64,000 nt of DNA from Octopus sinensis (taxonomy: Eukaryota), in the NCBI RefSeq assembly GCF_006345805.1, contig NW_021836142.1, positions 62,001 to 126,000 of the forward strand, written 5' to 3'. Numbering within the stretch: the first letter of the stretch is position 1; every line of letters starts with the position of its first letter. The translations under genes and the position numbers were made by a program. The notes under the pieces are model-generated. The model was not told the origin of the DNA. It saw only the letters and a list, made by a program, of their open reading frames with translations, and did no database searches. This document shows, one piece after another, positions 23,966-37,054 of the stretch.

Positions 23966-25720
23966 TTTACATTAGACAAATATATGAAGCCAGTGGTTAC
24001 CTGCATGACAGTGACTGGCCTGTTTTTGTTATATACCTGGTGATTGTGAAGAAGCCTAGTATATTGATTACCTGGTGATATTGGCAAGTCTAATTTGTAA
24101 CTTATCTACTACTGTGACTGACCTGTTTTTGTTGCATATCTGGTGACTGTGTCCGGTCTGATTTTGTTACATATCTAGTAACTATGACTAGATAAATTGT
24201 TTTGTTACATGATTGTGTCTAGTCTGTTAGTATCATTGCTGGTAACTTTGGATGACCACTTTATTACATAAATGAGTTGCAATTAGCCACTATTTTATTT
24301 GTGTGTTGATTGTGACTGACCACTGTGTGATGTATCAGATGCTTGTGACAAGACACTTTGCTATACATGCTTCCATTGTAACAAATTTGTTAACTAAGAG
24401 CCAGATAATAATCATTATTATCTAATGACTATTATCTGATTATTATTACTATTGATTATTGTATGATAATGAAAGAGGCAGTAATTTTACAATCATTGAT
24501 TGAAATTCTTTTCACTGTACAATACAGGATGTAATGTGTAATGTTTATGTAAGAATAATATGACATCTAGTGAAAAGTAGTTTGGATTTAAAACTAAGGG
24601 GAATATTTGATGAGATATTAGTTGATTGCATTTCCAAATCTCTCTATGTTCTTTTTGTGCTTTCTGTAGACTCATGGCTCAGTGGTTAGAGTGCCAGGTT
24701 CACCATCACAAGGTATTGGGTTTGATTCCCAGACCATGCTGTGTGTTGTGTTCTTCAGCAAGACACTTTATTTCATGTAGAAATGAGTTGTGATGTCACT
24801 GGTGCCAAGCTGTATTAACATTTGCCTTTCTCTTGGGTAACATCAGTGGTGTGGAGAGGGGAGGCTGATATGTATGAGTAACTGCTGGTCTTCCATAGAC
24901 AACCTTGCCTGGACTTGTGCCTTGGGGGGGGAACTTTCAAGGTCCAATCCCATGGTCATTCATGACTAAAGGGGGTGTTTACCCTTTTACTTATGTTATG
25001 TGTTCCCTAAGACATCAGGGTAGTTCCATTTCTGATTGCATGTGTAAAAAGGTACTTACAAGAAGACAGACTAAATATGTTTAGAGACATTTTGTGGAAT
25101 ACGCTCTTCGGCAGAAAGGAACACAGAAATAAACAGGGAGAGAAGATAGAAAAAGGTATAGAGGCTAACGATCTATCATGGCAAATGCTGGACAGAGGGG
25201 TCACACAGGAGAGCTAGGAAGAAGGGGAGATAATAAAGTAGTGAAGATAATAAAGTAGTGGTGATCCCAAAATGAAGGTCTGCGTGCATGTGGAAGGAGG
25301 CTGGTGACATTGATGTGTGCGTGTGTGCATGTATAAGTGTGTGGATGATGGTGTAAGTGCTGGTGTGTGCGGGATGTTGTGGTGTGGTGTGGTGTGGTGG
25401 TGTGGTGGTGGTAGTGTGGTGTTGGGTGTGGGGGAAGCGAGAGTGGGGGAAAGCAAGGATGGGATCTAAATAAATAAAGTAAACTGACTATAATTAGAAT
25501 GCAAAGATGGGTTAGTATTTCTGATGAAATGACCTGAACTAATTACACCAGAATTATTTTATTATATACAAGAAAAGTAATGAAGTAATATATGTGGAAT
25601 AACGCATGATAAGCAAAACTAATTGTCCCTGTGGCATTTTAACTAAATATATATTTACTCTTGCAGTCTATGATTAATTATTATAAGCTTTCTTTGTTTT
25701 AACAAAAATTTATATTGAAT

Positions 25721-26130
25721 GTGAGTGGCTGCATGGTAAGTAGCTTGCTTACCAACCACATGGTTCTGGGTTCAGTCCCACTACAAGGAACCTTGGGCAA
25801 GTGTCTTCTATTATAGCCTCGGGCTGACCAAAGCCTTGTGAGTGGATTTGGTAGATGGAAACTGAAAGAAGCCCGTCATATATATGTATATATATATATG
25901 TGTGTGTGTATGTGTGTGCATATGTTTGTGTGTCTGTGTTTGTCCTGCCAACATCACTTGACAACCGATGCTGGTGTATTTAGGTCCCTATAACTTAGCG
26001 ATTCGGCAAAAGGGACCGATAGAATAAGTACTAGACTTACAAAAAATGAGTCCTGTGGTCGATTTTCTCAACTAAAGATGGTGCTCCAGCATAGCCGCAG
26101 CCAAATGACTGGAACAAGTAAAAGAGTAAA
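25721..26130 (+). mobile_element. Family C tRNA/CORE SINE, full length
   Basis: Head, core, internal (TA/TG)n and GAGTAAAA tail. Confidence 0.85.
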
Positions 26131-26670
26131 AAAAAAAAGAGTAGAGAGTATGTTGGATTGATAGATTTAGTGGAAAGGTGAGCAAAATGTCATGTATTTG
26201 GTTTACAGCTCTTTACATCCTGAGTACCAATCTTAAGTGTGTTATCATCTTTCATTCTTGTGGGACCGTTAAAATATGCATTGCTGAAACACTGGCATCA
26301 ATATAATTGATAACACTAATCTCACTAAATGAAGAAACTTATTTTTGTGATAGGAATTCATATTAAATGTCTAACAAATGTCCATATTAAATGTCCATCA
26401 TTTTTATATCTAATTTTCCATATTTTTTCATTGTAAGTTATTTTCCTCTAATGCAAAAACATTTGTGCATTCCAAATAAAACAACCACATTACTGTGAAT
26501 AAATAAAATTATTGTAATATATCAAGTTCCTTATGTGTGTAGAGGAGAAGACAATATTAGCTTACTAACAATAGAGTTAGTTGCTTGTATTCTCTTCATT
26601 TGTAGTTTCTCTTCACTTAGCTCTCACTTCACCAAGCAGTAAAGAGATGAAAATGTTAGCAAAATCTATG

Positions 26671-27062
26671 GTTTAAACCAGGAAGGGGCTGCCTGGGTAG
26701 GCAAGGTAGGCAGTACCTACCCTGAATAAAATAGATCGATAGTAATATGTTCCTTTTATGGCAAAATATGCACCTAATTCAAAAAACTATGATGGTTATT
26801 CTGATTACTAGGCATAAAATACAAGCATAATTTGCCCCTGCCTTTCAATCTCAGTATTAAAGCTAGCATAGAACTGCTGTAGTACATGTGCTGCGTACAT
26901 TCCTACAACAACATTTTCTTGACGCACTATAAAGGCAGAAGTAAATCTGCCTACAATTCAGTCGCGCACCTGTGTTTTGCTTATTTTTTGTGTGTTTTAC
27001 TACATAAAAGTCACTAACTGCCTACCCTGAGTAATTACTGACAGTACGTGCCTGGTTTAAAC
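26671..27062. mobile_element. hAT-type MITE with 8-bp TSD
   Basis: Perfect TSD GTTTAAAC (26671-26678, 27055-27062); CAGG..CCTG ends; subterminal GGGTAGGCA / TGCCTACCC inverted motifs; 376 bp. Confidence 0.8.
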
Positions 27063-27399
27063 AATGTAAGAACAAAAAAAAATTAACAAGTGTTTTATTA
27101 ACTTATAGTGTTGTACTGAATTTTTTTCGTTTTGAGAGGATGATGATGAACATAGTTAAAATAACTTGTCCTAAATACACCATGAAGATGAAGACTTTAA
27201 TAGTGACACATTAATGCAATGGGGTATGAATTTGTTCATTGCAAGATTATTTCTTTATATTGCTTCTAGTAAATGATAAATATTCTTTCAAAACAAATAA
27301 AATACTGAAGTTTCATTTGATATAAATTTCATAGAATTTCAGAAATCTCTGTGAGTGGATACCCTTCCTAATGCTAGCCAATTTACTGAGTGTATGCGC

Positions 27400-27430
<31 letters not shown>

Positions 27431-27463
27431 TGTAGTATGTATATATATAGATAGATAGGTATG

Positions 27464-27496
<33 letters not shown>

Positions 27497-27500
<4 letters not shown>

Positions 27501-28275
27501 TCAACATCATCATCGTTTAACGTCCGCTTTCCATGCTAGCATGGGTTGGACATTTTGACTGAGGACTGGTGAACCAGATGGCTGCACCAGGCTCCAATCT
27601 TGATCTAGCAGAGTTTCTACAGCTGGATGCTCTTCCTAATACCAGTCACTCCGAGTGTGTAGTATGTGCTTTTACGTTCCACTGGCACGAGGACCAGTCA
27701 CATGGTACTGCCAATGGCTATGGTGTTTTTTACATGCCACCTGCACAGGAGCCAGTCCAGTAGCACTGGCAATGACCTCACTCAAATGTTTTTTCACGTG
27801 CCACTGGCGCAAGTGCCAGTAAGGTGATGCTGGTAATGATCACACTCGAATGGTGCTTTTTATGTGCCACCAGCACGGAAACCGGTTAGCTGTTCTGGCA
27901 ACGATCATGCTCGGATGGTGCTTGCTCTTAGCGCTCCACTAGCACGGATGCCAGTCAGCGAATTTGATTTCGATTTCACTTGCCTCAACAGGTCTTCACA
28001 AGCAGAGTTTAGTGTCCATGAGGCAAGGGAAATCGAAACCGAGTTCAATGACTGGTATCTGTGCTAGCAGAGCGCTAAGAGCACCATCCGAGTATGATTA
28101 TCGCCAGAGCAGCTAACTGGCTTCCATGCCAGTGGCATGTAAAAAGCACCAGTCAAGCGTGATTGTTACCAGTGTTGCTTTATTGGCACTTGTTCTAGTG
28201 GCACATGAAAAAACATTTGAGCGAGGTTGTTGCCAGTGCCGCTGGACTGGCTCCTGTGCAGGTGGCATGTAAAAT
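27497..28275. mobile_element. Head-to-head pair of RTE 3'-UTR segments
   Basis: Minus copy with (CAT)n tail 27497-28020, then a plus copy of the overlapping UTR segment 28020-28275. Confidence 0.75.
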
Positions 28276-28943
28276 ATACATATCATTGCATATTATTGAC
28301 TGCTATTTTCAGTAAATATTGGTGCATTGTTGTACCACTATTCTATATTTGTGTGTGAGTGAGTGTACAGAAGTGATGAAAAAGGACCGAGATGACTAGT
28401 GATTAACTATGCTCAAGAAAATTTCCTCCACTCTGGCAAAAATTAGCATATTGTTTAGTCTATGCCCCCACATTCAAGCCATCCCTATGACCCATCTTCT
28501 CAAAACCTATCCTTCATCACTCTTCTAACTACAGCACTATCTCTCAGCTGCTGTAACTATAGATATATGAAGTAGAGATGCACATATTTAATCCCCGACA
28601 CTTTGTGCCACTAGGTTCTCCTATTCTTGGAGCCATCGCCCAATGTCACCTACCATGCATTCTCAATATCATACCATACCTGTCTAGAACACCATGTCAT
28701 ATCAACCATCAGTCTTCCACAACTCTTGATCTGATCTCTGTTCTCTTTGCTGAGCAACCACCATCTCTCACCCACAAATCTTATTTCATCACCCTATTTC
28801 TCATCTATATAGTTTCATTACAATTCTGTTCTCCACATCCTCCTTTCTGTACTACCACTTATCACTTTCTCCTCCCTCTCCCATTCATATTTCCTTTAAC
28901 TTCTCCCACACTGATATTCATCAATGACTGTGCACCCTGCATC

Positions 28944-29194
28944 ATCAATATCAGTGTTTCTCAACTATTTTTTGCCAATGGACCCCTTTACTCTTGTATT
29001 CTCCCATTGTCACTTAATGTTTAAAACATCCTATTATATTTTTTATAAATATTAAGAATTGTACAAAATAATTGTTAAAATATTTTATGTTTTATAGAAA
29101 TAAAACCACTTCACTGCTCATAAATTTTAACAATGCAACCTTATATGGACCCCCAAGGGTCATATGGACTGTGGTTAGAACCACTGATCTATAC
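28944..29194. mobile_element. hAT (Charlie-like) MITE
   Basis: CAGTGTTTCTCAAC / GGTTAGAACCACTG termini (28952-29186); decayed 8-bp TSD ATCAATAT / ATCTATAC. Confidence 0.75.
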
Positions 29195-29475
29195 ATCTCT
29201 ATATCTCACCATCAATCACTCACCTTACACTCTCATGAACTTATTCAAAAGTCTTCCTCTAACCACTCATTTCTCTATCTTCATCTCCCTTACATTCTCC
29301 TTGTAGTACCTGGAGGTTATGTCTTGACACCTCCTCACCACCTGGGGGTAGCCATGTATCTTCTCTACTGCAAGACATCCATTCCTATTCCTCAGTCATC
29401 CTCTTGCCTCTCAACACCTAATATTAACCACCTCCCACAATACCACAAGCACCTCAATCAACGAGTCATGTCTTG

Positions 29476-29533
29476 CAGTTTGATAGGATCCAGCAGATCT
29501 TAGTCCTAAGATCTGCTGGATCCTATCAAACTG
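29476..29533. repeat. Perfect 28-bp inverted repeat with 2-nt loop
   Basis: CAGTTTGATAGGATCCAGCAGATCTTAG-TC-CTAAGATCTGCTGGATCCTATCAAACTG. Confidence 0.97.
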
Positions 29534-29632
29534 TCCAACTCAATCCTGCATGGAATATCGAATACACAACTAAATGATGATAAGAATGATGAGGATATAT
29601 TCACCTATATATATACAAACATACATATATAT

Positions 29633-30668
29633 AAATTCAGTGTGCAAGTAGGGGTTCACCAAAGAGCAGTTCCCAGCCCCCTCTTGCTCAACATAGTCTT
29701 TCAGAAAATAGCAGAGGAATTTAAGTTAGGCTGTCCCTGTGAGCTCCTTTAAACTGATGGTCTAATTCTTATGGCTGAATCACTACCAGAACTAGAGAAG
29801 AAATCTCAGGTGTGGAAGGAAGGTCTAGAATCAAAAGGCCTTAGAGTTAATATAGCAAAAACCAGTCTTAGTAAGTAGGCAAGCAGACAAATCACAGATC
29901 TCTTCAGGGAGATGGCCCTGCTCAATATCTAGAAAAGACGTAGGTAGAAACTCAATAAGGTGTACCCAGCACATGCTATGGACACATAGGTGCAGCAATA
30001 TCAGAGGAAGGTTAACAAGGAAACAAGTTTTGTGTGTGGCAGATGTACAGGTACAATAAACACTAGAAACGTACAGAAAATAAACTCCATCAAGTACTAG
30101 TGGGGATACTTATAAGTGGTTGATATCTTTAGTTATTTGGGTGACCAAGGCAGCAGTGGGGGTACCCTGAGAGTGTAACTGCTAGAATAAGAATTAGCTG
30201 GACAAAGTTCAAGACGCTTCTACTTTTGTTGATAACAAAGGGCCTGCCCTTCAAAGTGAAAGGCAGATTGTATGATGCCTGTGTGCAGACAGCCATGCTA
30301 CATGGAAGAGAAACATAGGCTGTGGCTGTAGAGGACATGCAAAGGCTTGAAAGAAATGAAGCTAGTATACTTCACTGGATGTGCAATGTCAGTGTGCATG
30401 TACAACAGAGTGTAAGTGCCTTGAGAGAAAAACTGGGCACAAGAGGCATCATATGTGCAGTATGCAAGGGAGAAGACTGTGCTGGTATGATCCTGTGATG
30501 CATAAGGATAAGAACAGCTGTGTAAAGAAGTGTGGAGGAAATCTGTGGAAGAGATAGACCCAGGAAAATATGGGACATGGTGGTGAAGCAGGATCTCCAG
30601 ATTTTGAGTCTCATGGATGCAATAACAAATGATCAAGACCTTTGACTGTTTGCTTTGTTTGAGAAGGC
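29633..30668 (+). pseudogene. RTE LINE remnant (RT motifs B-E to ORF end)
   Basis: VGVHQRAVPSPLLLNIV (motif B), LL*TDGLILMAES (decayed YADD), KGLRVNIAKT, SYLGDQ, MLHGRET; many stops. Confidence 0.88.
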
Positions 30669-31062
30669 TCATCATCATCATCATCATTTAACGTCCACTT
30701 TTCATGCTAGTATGGGTTGGACGATTTGACTGCAGACTGGCAAACCAGACGGCTGCACCAGACTCCAGTCTGATCTGGCAGAGTTTCTACAGCTGGATGC
30801 CCTTCCTATAGTGGGTGCTTTTTATGTGCCACCAGCATGAGGGCCAGTCAGGCAGTAAGCCAAGTAAAATCATTGTTGTGGACAGTGCCGGTGATACATG
30901 AAAGGCACCCACTGCACTCTTGGAGTGGTTGGCATTAGGAAGGGCATCCAGCTGTAGAAACCAAACCAAAATCTGGTACAGCTCTCTGGCTTACCAGTTC
31001 CAGTCAAACTGCCTAACCCATGCCAGGATGGAAAACAGACACTAAATGATGATGATGATGAT
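30668..31062. mobile_element. Second head-to-head pair of RTE-type 3' ends
   Basis: Minus copy 30668-30857 with (CAT)n and plus copy 30858-31062 with (TGA)n. Confidence 0.75.
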
Positions 31063-31477
31063 GCTGATCACACACACACACACAAGTGGTGGACTCTTTT
31101 GTAGTAAGCAACAGATGATGGTTATGCAACTTTTTACGAAACAATTTGCACAGATGATATGTTTATTGTGATTAAATGTTTGAGTTGTATATTATTTCAC
31201 TCTCTTCATTGAACCAACATTGTCTGTACAGGTGCATGGGGTGCCACATCATTAGAGGCTGAAGCATTTGCAAAGCAAGAAGAAATGTGGTGTTTTACTC
31301 AAGAATACAGGAATACGCCACCTGGTCTGGGAATCAACCACAACCCTGGAGATCATGATCGCAACACTGTAACCACTGTGTGACAAGCCCTCATAAATTC
31401 ACACATACATACATGCACATACACACACATGCATACATACATACATACACACACACATACATACATACATACATAGA

Positions 31478-31885
31478 AAGGTGGCGAGCTGGCAGAAACG
31501 TTAGCATGCCAGGTGAAATGCTTAGCGGTATTACGTCTGCTATTACATTCTGAGTTCAAATTCCACCGCGGTTGACTTTGCCATTCATCCTTTCGGGGTC
31601 GATAAATTAAATACCAGTTATGCACTGGGGTCAATATAATCGACTTAATCCGTTTGTCTGTCCTTGTTTGTCTTCTCTGTGTTTAGCCCCTTGTGGGTAG
31701 AAAAGAAATAGGTATTTCGTCTGCTGCTATGTTCTGAGTTCAAATCCTGCCGAGGTCGACTTTGCCTTTCATCCTTTCGGGTTCGATAGATTAAGTTCTA
31801 GTTATGCACTGGGGTCGATATAATTGACTTAACCCCTTTGTCTGTCCCCTCTATGTTTAGCCCCTTGTGGGCAATAAAGAAATAA
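31478..31885 (+). mobile_element. SINE family B with duplicated body
   Basis: Head at 31478; body repeated from ~31710. Confidence 0.8.
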
Positions 31886-33239
31886 GATACATACATACAT
31901 ACTTACATGCATCTGACTTTCAGTTGGATTTCAGCAAAGAACCTTTATTTTTAATGCAAGGTTTTATTGCTTTTATACATTATGCACATTTCAGTAGGAT
32001 TAAATTAATAGTTCAAGAAACAAAAACAGGCTAAGCTGGCACAACAGTTAATCTCAAAACAATTAGACTTTCCTCAAAATTGATCAATTTTATCTATTTT
32101 CAATTTATCTTCCAGCATCTGTGAATTATTGAGTATGATTAGGAATTAGGTGAGCATGTTATAGTTGTTGTTTTTGTTGGTGTTGCTTCTGTTGTTATTG
32201 TTTCTGATAATGCTGAATAGCCCTAATTACCACTGCTCCTACCGAGCAAGCTGTCTAAGAAGCTAAATGATGCTGAAAAGATGAATCGGATTGTGTCTTG
32301 AATTTTATTGCTGCATAAGAAATTATAAGATGTAAAACTACATCGATGAACGGTAGCTAGCTTAAGTTCCCCCACTGTGTTAACTTCAAGAAGAATATTC
32401 TTCTCTTCCTTCTAAACACATTATATAAAGGACACATTTGCAGTGGAGTACTGTGGGTTACAAAACATCAGATATAAATTGCATTCAATCTGAATACTAA
32501 TTATATATGATCTTTTTCCAATTCTGAAATTTGGCACAAGCTCAAGTGTATTCAGTCATGAGCAGAGAAAGAAAGAAAGGAGAGCCAAGACAGTAGATAA
32601 GCATGGTAACTAGTACACTTGATTGACTCATTAGTATCAATACTAATTTAAATCTGGCCCCAATAATGTAGCAGGAAGTATGGTGGAATAGAATGATATA
32701 CTAATGTTGATTGGGATCCAAGAGCAACAAGCTGAAATAAAAATTCAGTGAGAGAAAGAAAATATTGTCATAGATTTTTATCTCTTCTAAGTATTTAAGT
32801 GTCCTCAACAAAATCTTAATGCTATTAACAAACTTTTCTATTTTCCTATTGAGAACATGAATGATGCGTTCTGTGCTTTGCTTTTTTCTTTTGTTTTTTT
32901 TAAACTTGTTTACATTCTTAATGTGAGGGGATTTAACGTAAGCAATATCGACCACCAAACCATCAATTTTATTACCTGTTTATATGTTACATTGCAATCA
33001 GAACCAGTTATACATTTGTTGTAGGCATGTTGTATATAAGACAAATGAAATTCGAAATAAAGAGTGCTCAAGGACAATGTTTCTCAAGAAACGAATGCAG
33101 GTCTGCTGGGGGCAGCAGTGGACGAATGCAGGTCTGCTGGGGGCAGCAGTGGAGATTGTAAATGGAACAGTCATTACCATAAAATTAAGATGTTTTTTGT
33201 TGACTTTTCTAAACTTCTCCACCATCATTACAGATAACT

Positions 33240-33642
33240 CTCTCTCTTTTACTCTTTTACTTGTTTCAGTCATTTGACTGCGACCATGCTGGAGCACCGC
33301 CTTTAATTGAGCAACTCAACCCCGGGACTTATTCATTGTAAGCCCAGTACTTATTCTATCGGTCTCTTTTGCCAAACCGCTAAGTGATGGGGACATAAAC
33401 ACACCAGCATCGATTATCAAGCAATGCTAGGGGGACAAACACAGACACACAAACATATACACACACGCTTATATATATATATATACATATATACGACAGG
33501 CTTCTTTCCATTTCCGTCTACCAAATCCACTCACAAGGCATTGGTCAGCCTGGGGCTATAGCAGAAGACACTTGCCCAAGATGCCACGCAGTGGGACTGA
33601 ACCCGGAACCATGTGGTTGGTTAGCAAGCTACTTACCACACA
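33240..33642 (-). mobile_element. Family C SINE
   Basis: Near-full reverse copy. Confidence 0.85.
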
Positions 33643-34439
33643 GTAGAATTTTATTGATGTCAAATCAGTTTTGGTTACACATTAATGAAGTGTATGGAAG
33701 AGCAACGATGTCACTTACTTTGGAGATGGATGGATTAACAGAATTGTAAGAAAAAATGCCTTGCTGTGTTTATTCTGGTTCTTTATGTCATGAGTTAAAG
33801 CCCTGCTGAGGACAACTTTGCCTTTCATCCTTTCAGAATCAATAAAATATTGATAGTATTCTGTTGTGTCTGGGGAGAGTCATTTTCTTTTTGTGCCTTC
33901 TAACAGACACAACAGAATATGCTTCAACACACGAACTCGTATAAAGAATCTTGCAAACCAAATCCAAAAACGAAATATTGATAGTATTGATGAGATAGAT
34001 AGTATTGACTAAAAACTCTTCCAACAAAATTGCTGGCCTTGTGCCTAATCTAGTTGGTTGGTCGGTCAGTTCGTTGGTTGATGTTTATTAGTTTGAGAAA
34101 CACTGCTTTAGCATAGTTTGCTTTTTTTTTTTGTTGATTTGTATTTGATGTTATAACGAAAAAGAGTTAATCAATTTAAAAGTTTAATTTTAATAAAATT
34201 TCTGAGCTTACTATATCAAGTATAATAAAGCTCAATTTTAGGCTCTCATGCAGTCTGGATTCATATGTATTTTACCCCAATCATTCTCCAGATGAAATTC
34301 AGAACTTTAATAACTATTCAGTTATTCGGCAAATATTTCAGACATCTGAACTTGTTCAACAGGGTTAGGTGATTTTACTAGTTCAGATATTTTCTTAGTC
34401 TCAAAAGAATTGGTCTAGATATTGCTAGATGTTGATAAT

Positions 34440-34672
34440 ATTATTTCTTTATTGCCCATAAGGGGCTAAACATAGAAGGGACAAACAAGGACAGACAAAG
34501 GGATTAAGTTGATTACATCGAACCCAGAGCTCAACTGGTGCTTTATTTATCGACCCCAAAAGTATGAAAGGCAAAGTCGACCTCGGTGGAATTTGAACTC
34601 AGAACGTAGCAACAGACGAAATACCGCTAAGCATTTTGCCCGGTGTGCTAACGTTTCTGCCTGCTCATTGCC
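34440..34672 (-). mobile_element. SINE family B
   Basis: Reverse copy. Confidence 0.85.
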
Positions 34673-35613
34673 CATGTTGATAATGATTTAAACTACCACC
34701 TAAAAGAGAAATGGTTTATATGCAATCCAAAGCATTACACTGTTACTTTCCAATAACTCAGTCTATTAAACTGAAAATTATTTGCATGAGTAGCCATGGC
34801 TTACAACAGAAAGCAGAGGTACTCAGCAAAGCTGAATGCTTCATTAGGTAGCTGGGTTTAAATCTTCTAATGAGCTGAGAGTAAGCAATCAGGATTTTTC
34901 ACCCTAGTGTGATTTTCTCAAGAGATCTTAAATGGATTTGTAATTACAAAAAAAAGCCATGTCCCAATTGTAGAAACCAAGGAGTAACTGTGGGAAATTT
35001 CTCGTGGGACACCATTTGCATGAAGAACATTTATTTAAGTATGCAATAACATATTTAATGTAGTGTGCTAAAAAGAATCATTAATTAATTAAAACTGCAT
35101 CATAATGAGGAGAAAAGTCATTAGCATTAATAACATTTCTTGTTAATAATGACACAGGAGAGAGAGGAGAGAACTTAACAAATTAAAGTGATGAAGGTAT
35201 TGTGCTCTTTCCAGGCAAATAACCTGAGCTAAACAGAGTTATAACAAAAGTTTACCTCAAGGCAGACAATGAAGAAATGTAAACTAAGAAATTGTCTGTT
35301 AGTGATTTGATTATTACACTTAAAACTAACAAATAGAGCTTCATGCTTCATCAGCAAAAATACTAATAGTTATCACAATCATTCATGAAATTGATGCTTG
35401 ATAAATCACCAGTTTTAATACATAAATTGCTTCTTCAGTAAAGTGCAGAGATTGATGCATACTTGAAAATTTTGCTTCTGTAACTAAATGGAATTTGATC
35501 CTGCCTAAATGGTATTTGATCCTGCTGCACAACCCCTTGAGTAAATATTTTCTATCTTATCTTTACGTTATCAAAAGCTTTAAGAGAGAGACCTGGTAGA
35601 CATAAACTATTTA

Positions 35614-36090
35614 AGGTGGTGAGCTGGCTGAAACTTTAGCACGCCGGGCAAAATGCTTAGCAGTATTTCGTCTGCCATTAGGTTCTGAGTTCAAATTCCA
35701 CCGAGGTTGACTTTGCCTTTCATCCTATCGGGGTCGATAAATTAAGTACCAGTTATGCACTGGGGTCGATGTAATCGACTTAATCCCTTTGTCTGTCCTT
35801 GTTTGTCCCCTCTATGTTTAGCCCCTTGTATGCAATAAAGCAAGCTGGCTTTAAGGAGGCAAGCTGGCAGAAACATTAGCATGCCAGGCGAAATGCTTTG
35901 CAGTATTTTGTCTGCCATTAGGTTCTGAGTTCAAATTCTGCTGAGGTCGACTTTGCCTTTCATCCTTTCGGGGTCAATAAATTAAATGCCAGTTATGCAC
36001 TGGGGTCGATGTAATCGACTTAATCCCTTTGTCTGTCCTAGTTTGTCCCTTCTATGTTTAACCCTTTGTGGGCAATAAAGAAATAAGAAA
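35614..36090 (+). mobile_element. Tandem dimer of SINE family B
   Basis: Two consecutive heads at ~35614 and ~35855. Confidence 0.85.
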
Positions 36091-37054
36091 CTATGTAAGA
36101 GCCCATTATAGTGACTGTTCTCGTTCTTGGGTGGTAGACTTAAACCAACACCAAGTTTAACACTACCAATTATCTTTGGGAGCAGGGGTGCCATTAGTGG
36201 AGTCCACTCTGTTGCAAGTGTTCAGGTTAACTGCCTTTCTTCACATAAATTTCAGAAACTTTAAAAGGGGACATTACTTCACTAATTAAATATGTTATTT
36301 TATTGGATCTGCAAGAAGCAAAACTGGTTGAAATTCTTGAGTTTCATTATGTGTAGATGGAGCTGAATTATCAGTGGACCAATTTGGTTAAAGACTTACA
36401 ACAACAAACAATATGTCAGATGGAATATGATCTTCCAGTTAGTCAGCTCAAATTGACATGTTGCAGATTTTTTTAAAGCCAGATGCCAAACCCCACCTGT
36501 TTCCAAATTAGGCAATATTTCTCCGTGGTTAAACATTTTCACAAGACATTGGAAATGAAGGACACTGTTATATGATGGTGGCACTTATTTACAACTATTG
36601 TATAATGTCAAGAGAAAGAAACAACTTACAGACATACACATACACATGTGGATACACACATGCATATACATGTGTGTGTGTGTGTGTGTGCGTGCTCCTT
36701 TCAGTTTTTGTCTACCAAATCCACTCTCAAAGTTGTGGTCAGCTCAGAACTACAGAAGACACTTACCCAAAATGACACATAGTGGGACTGAACTTGGAAC
36801 CATGTGGTTGGGAAGCTAGCTTCTCAATCCCACAGCCACATCTACACCTATATAAATACAGTTCTGTATTTAAGAGATGAAGAATTATGTATATTATTTA
36901 CATTATGGAAAAATAGAGACCATCTCCCCCTGTGGGACACAACAACCTCCTAAGCAGACCGAGTGCAGATATGAATAGCATATGGGAACTGGTATTAAGG
37001 AAGGATAGGAGAATATTAGATTTATAAGTCCTGAAATTCACTCCATAATTGCCC

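Larger units (their letters stand above)
22360..24420. repeat. Old degenerate ~30-35-bp minisatellite interrupted by SINE insertions
   Basis: Variants of CTGGTGACTGTGACTGGCCTGTTTTGTTA at 22360-22630 and 23995-24420, on both sides of a SINE cluster. Confidence 0.55.

Noticed and set aside
33091-33152. 31-bp exact tandem duplication in a short open frame, briefly suggesting a transposase fragment
   Set aside because: The duplication is real but looks like local slippage; I could not support any protein motif around it.
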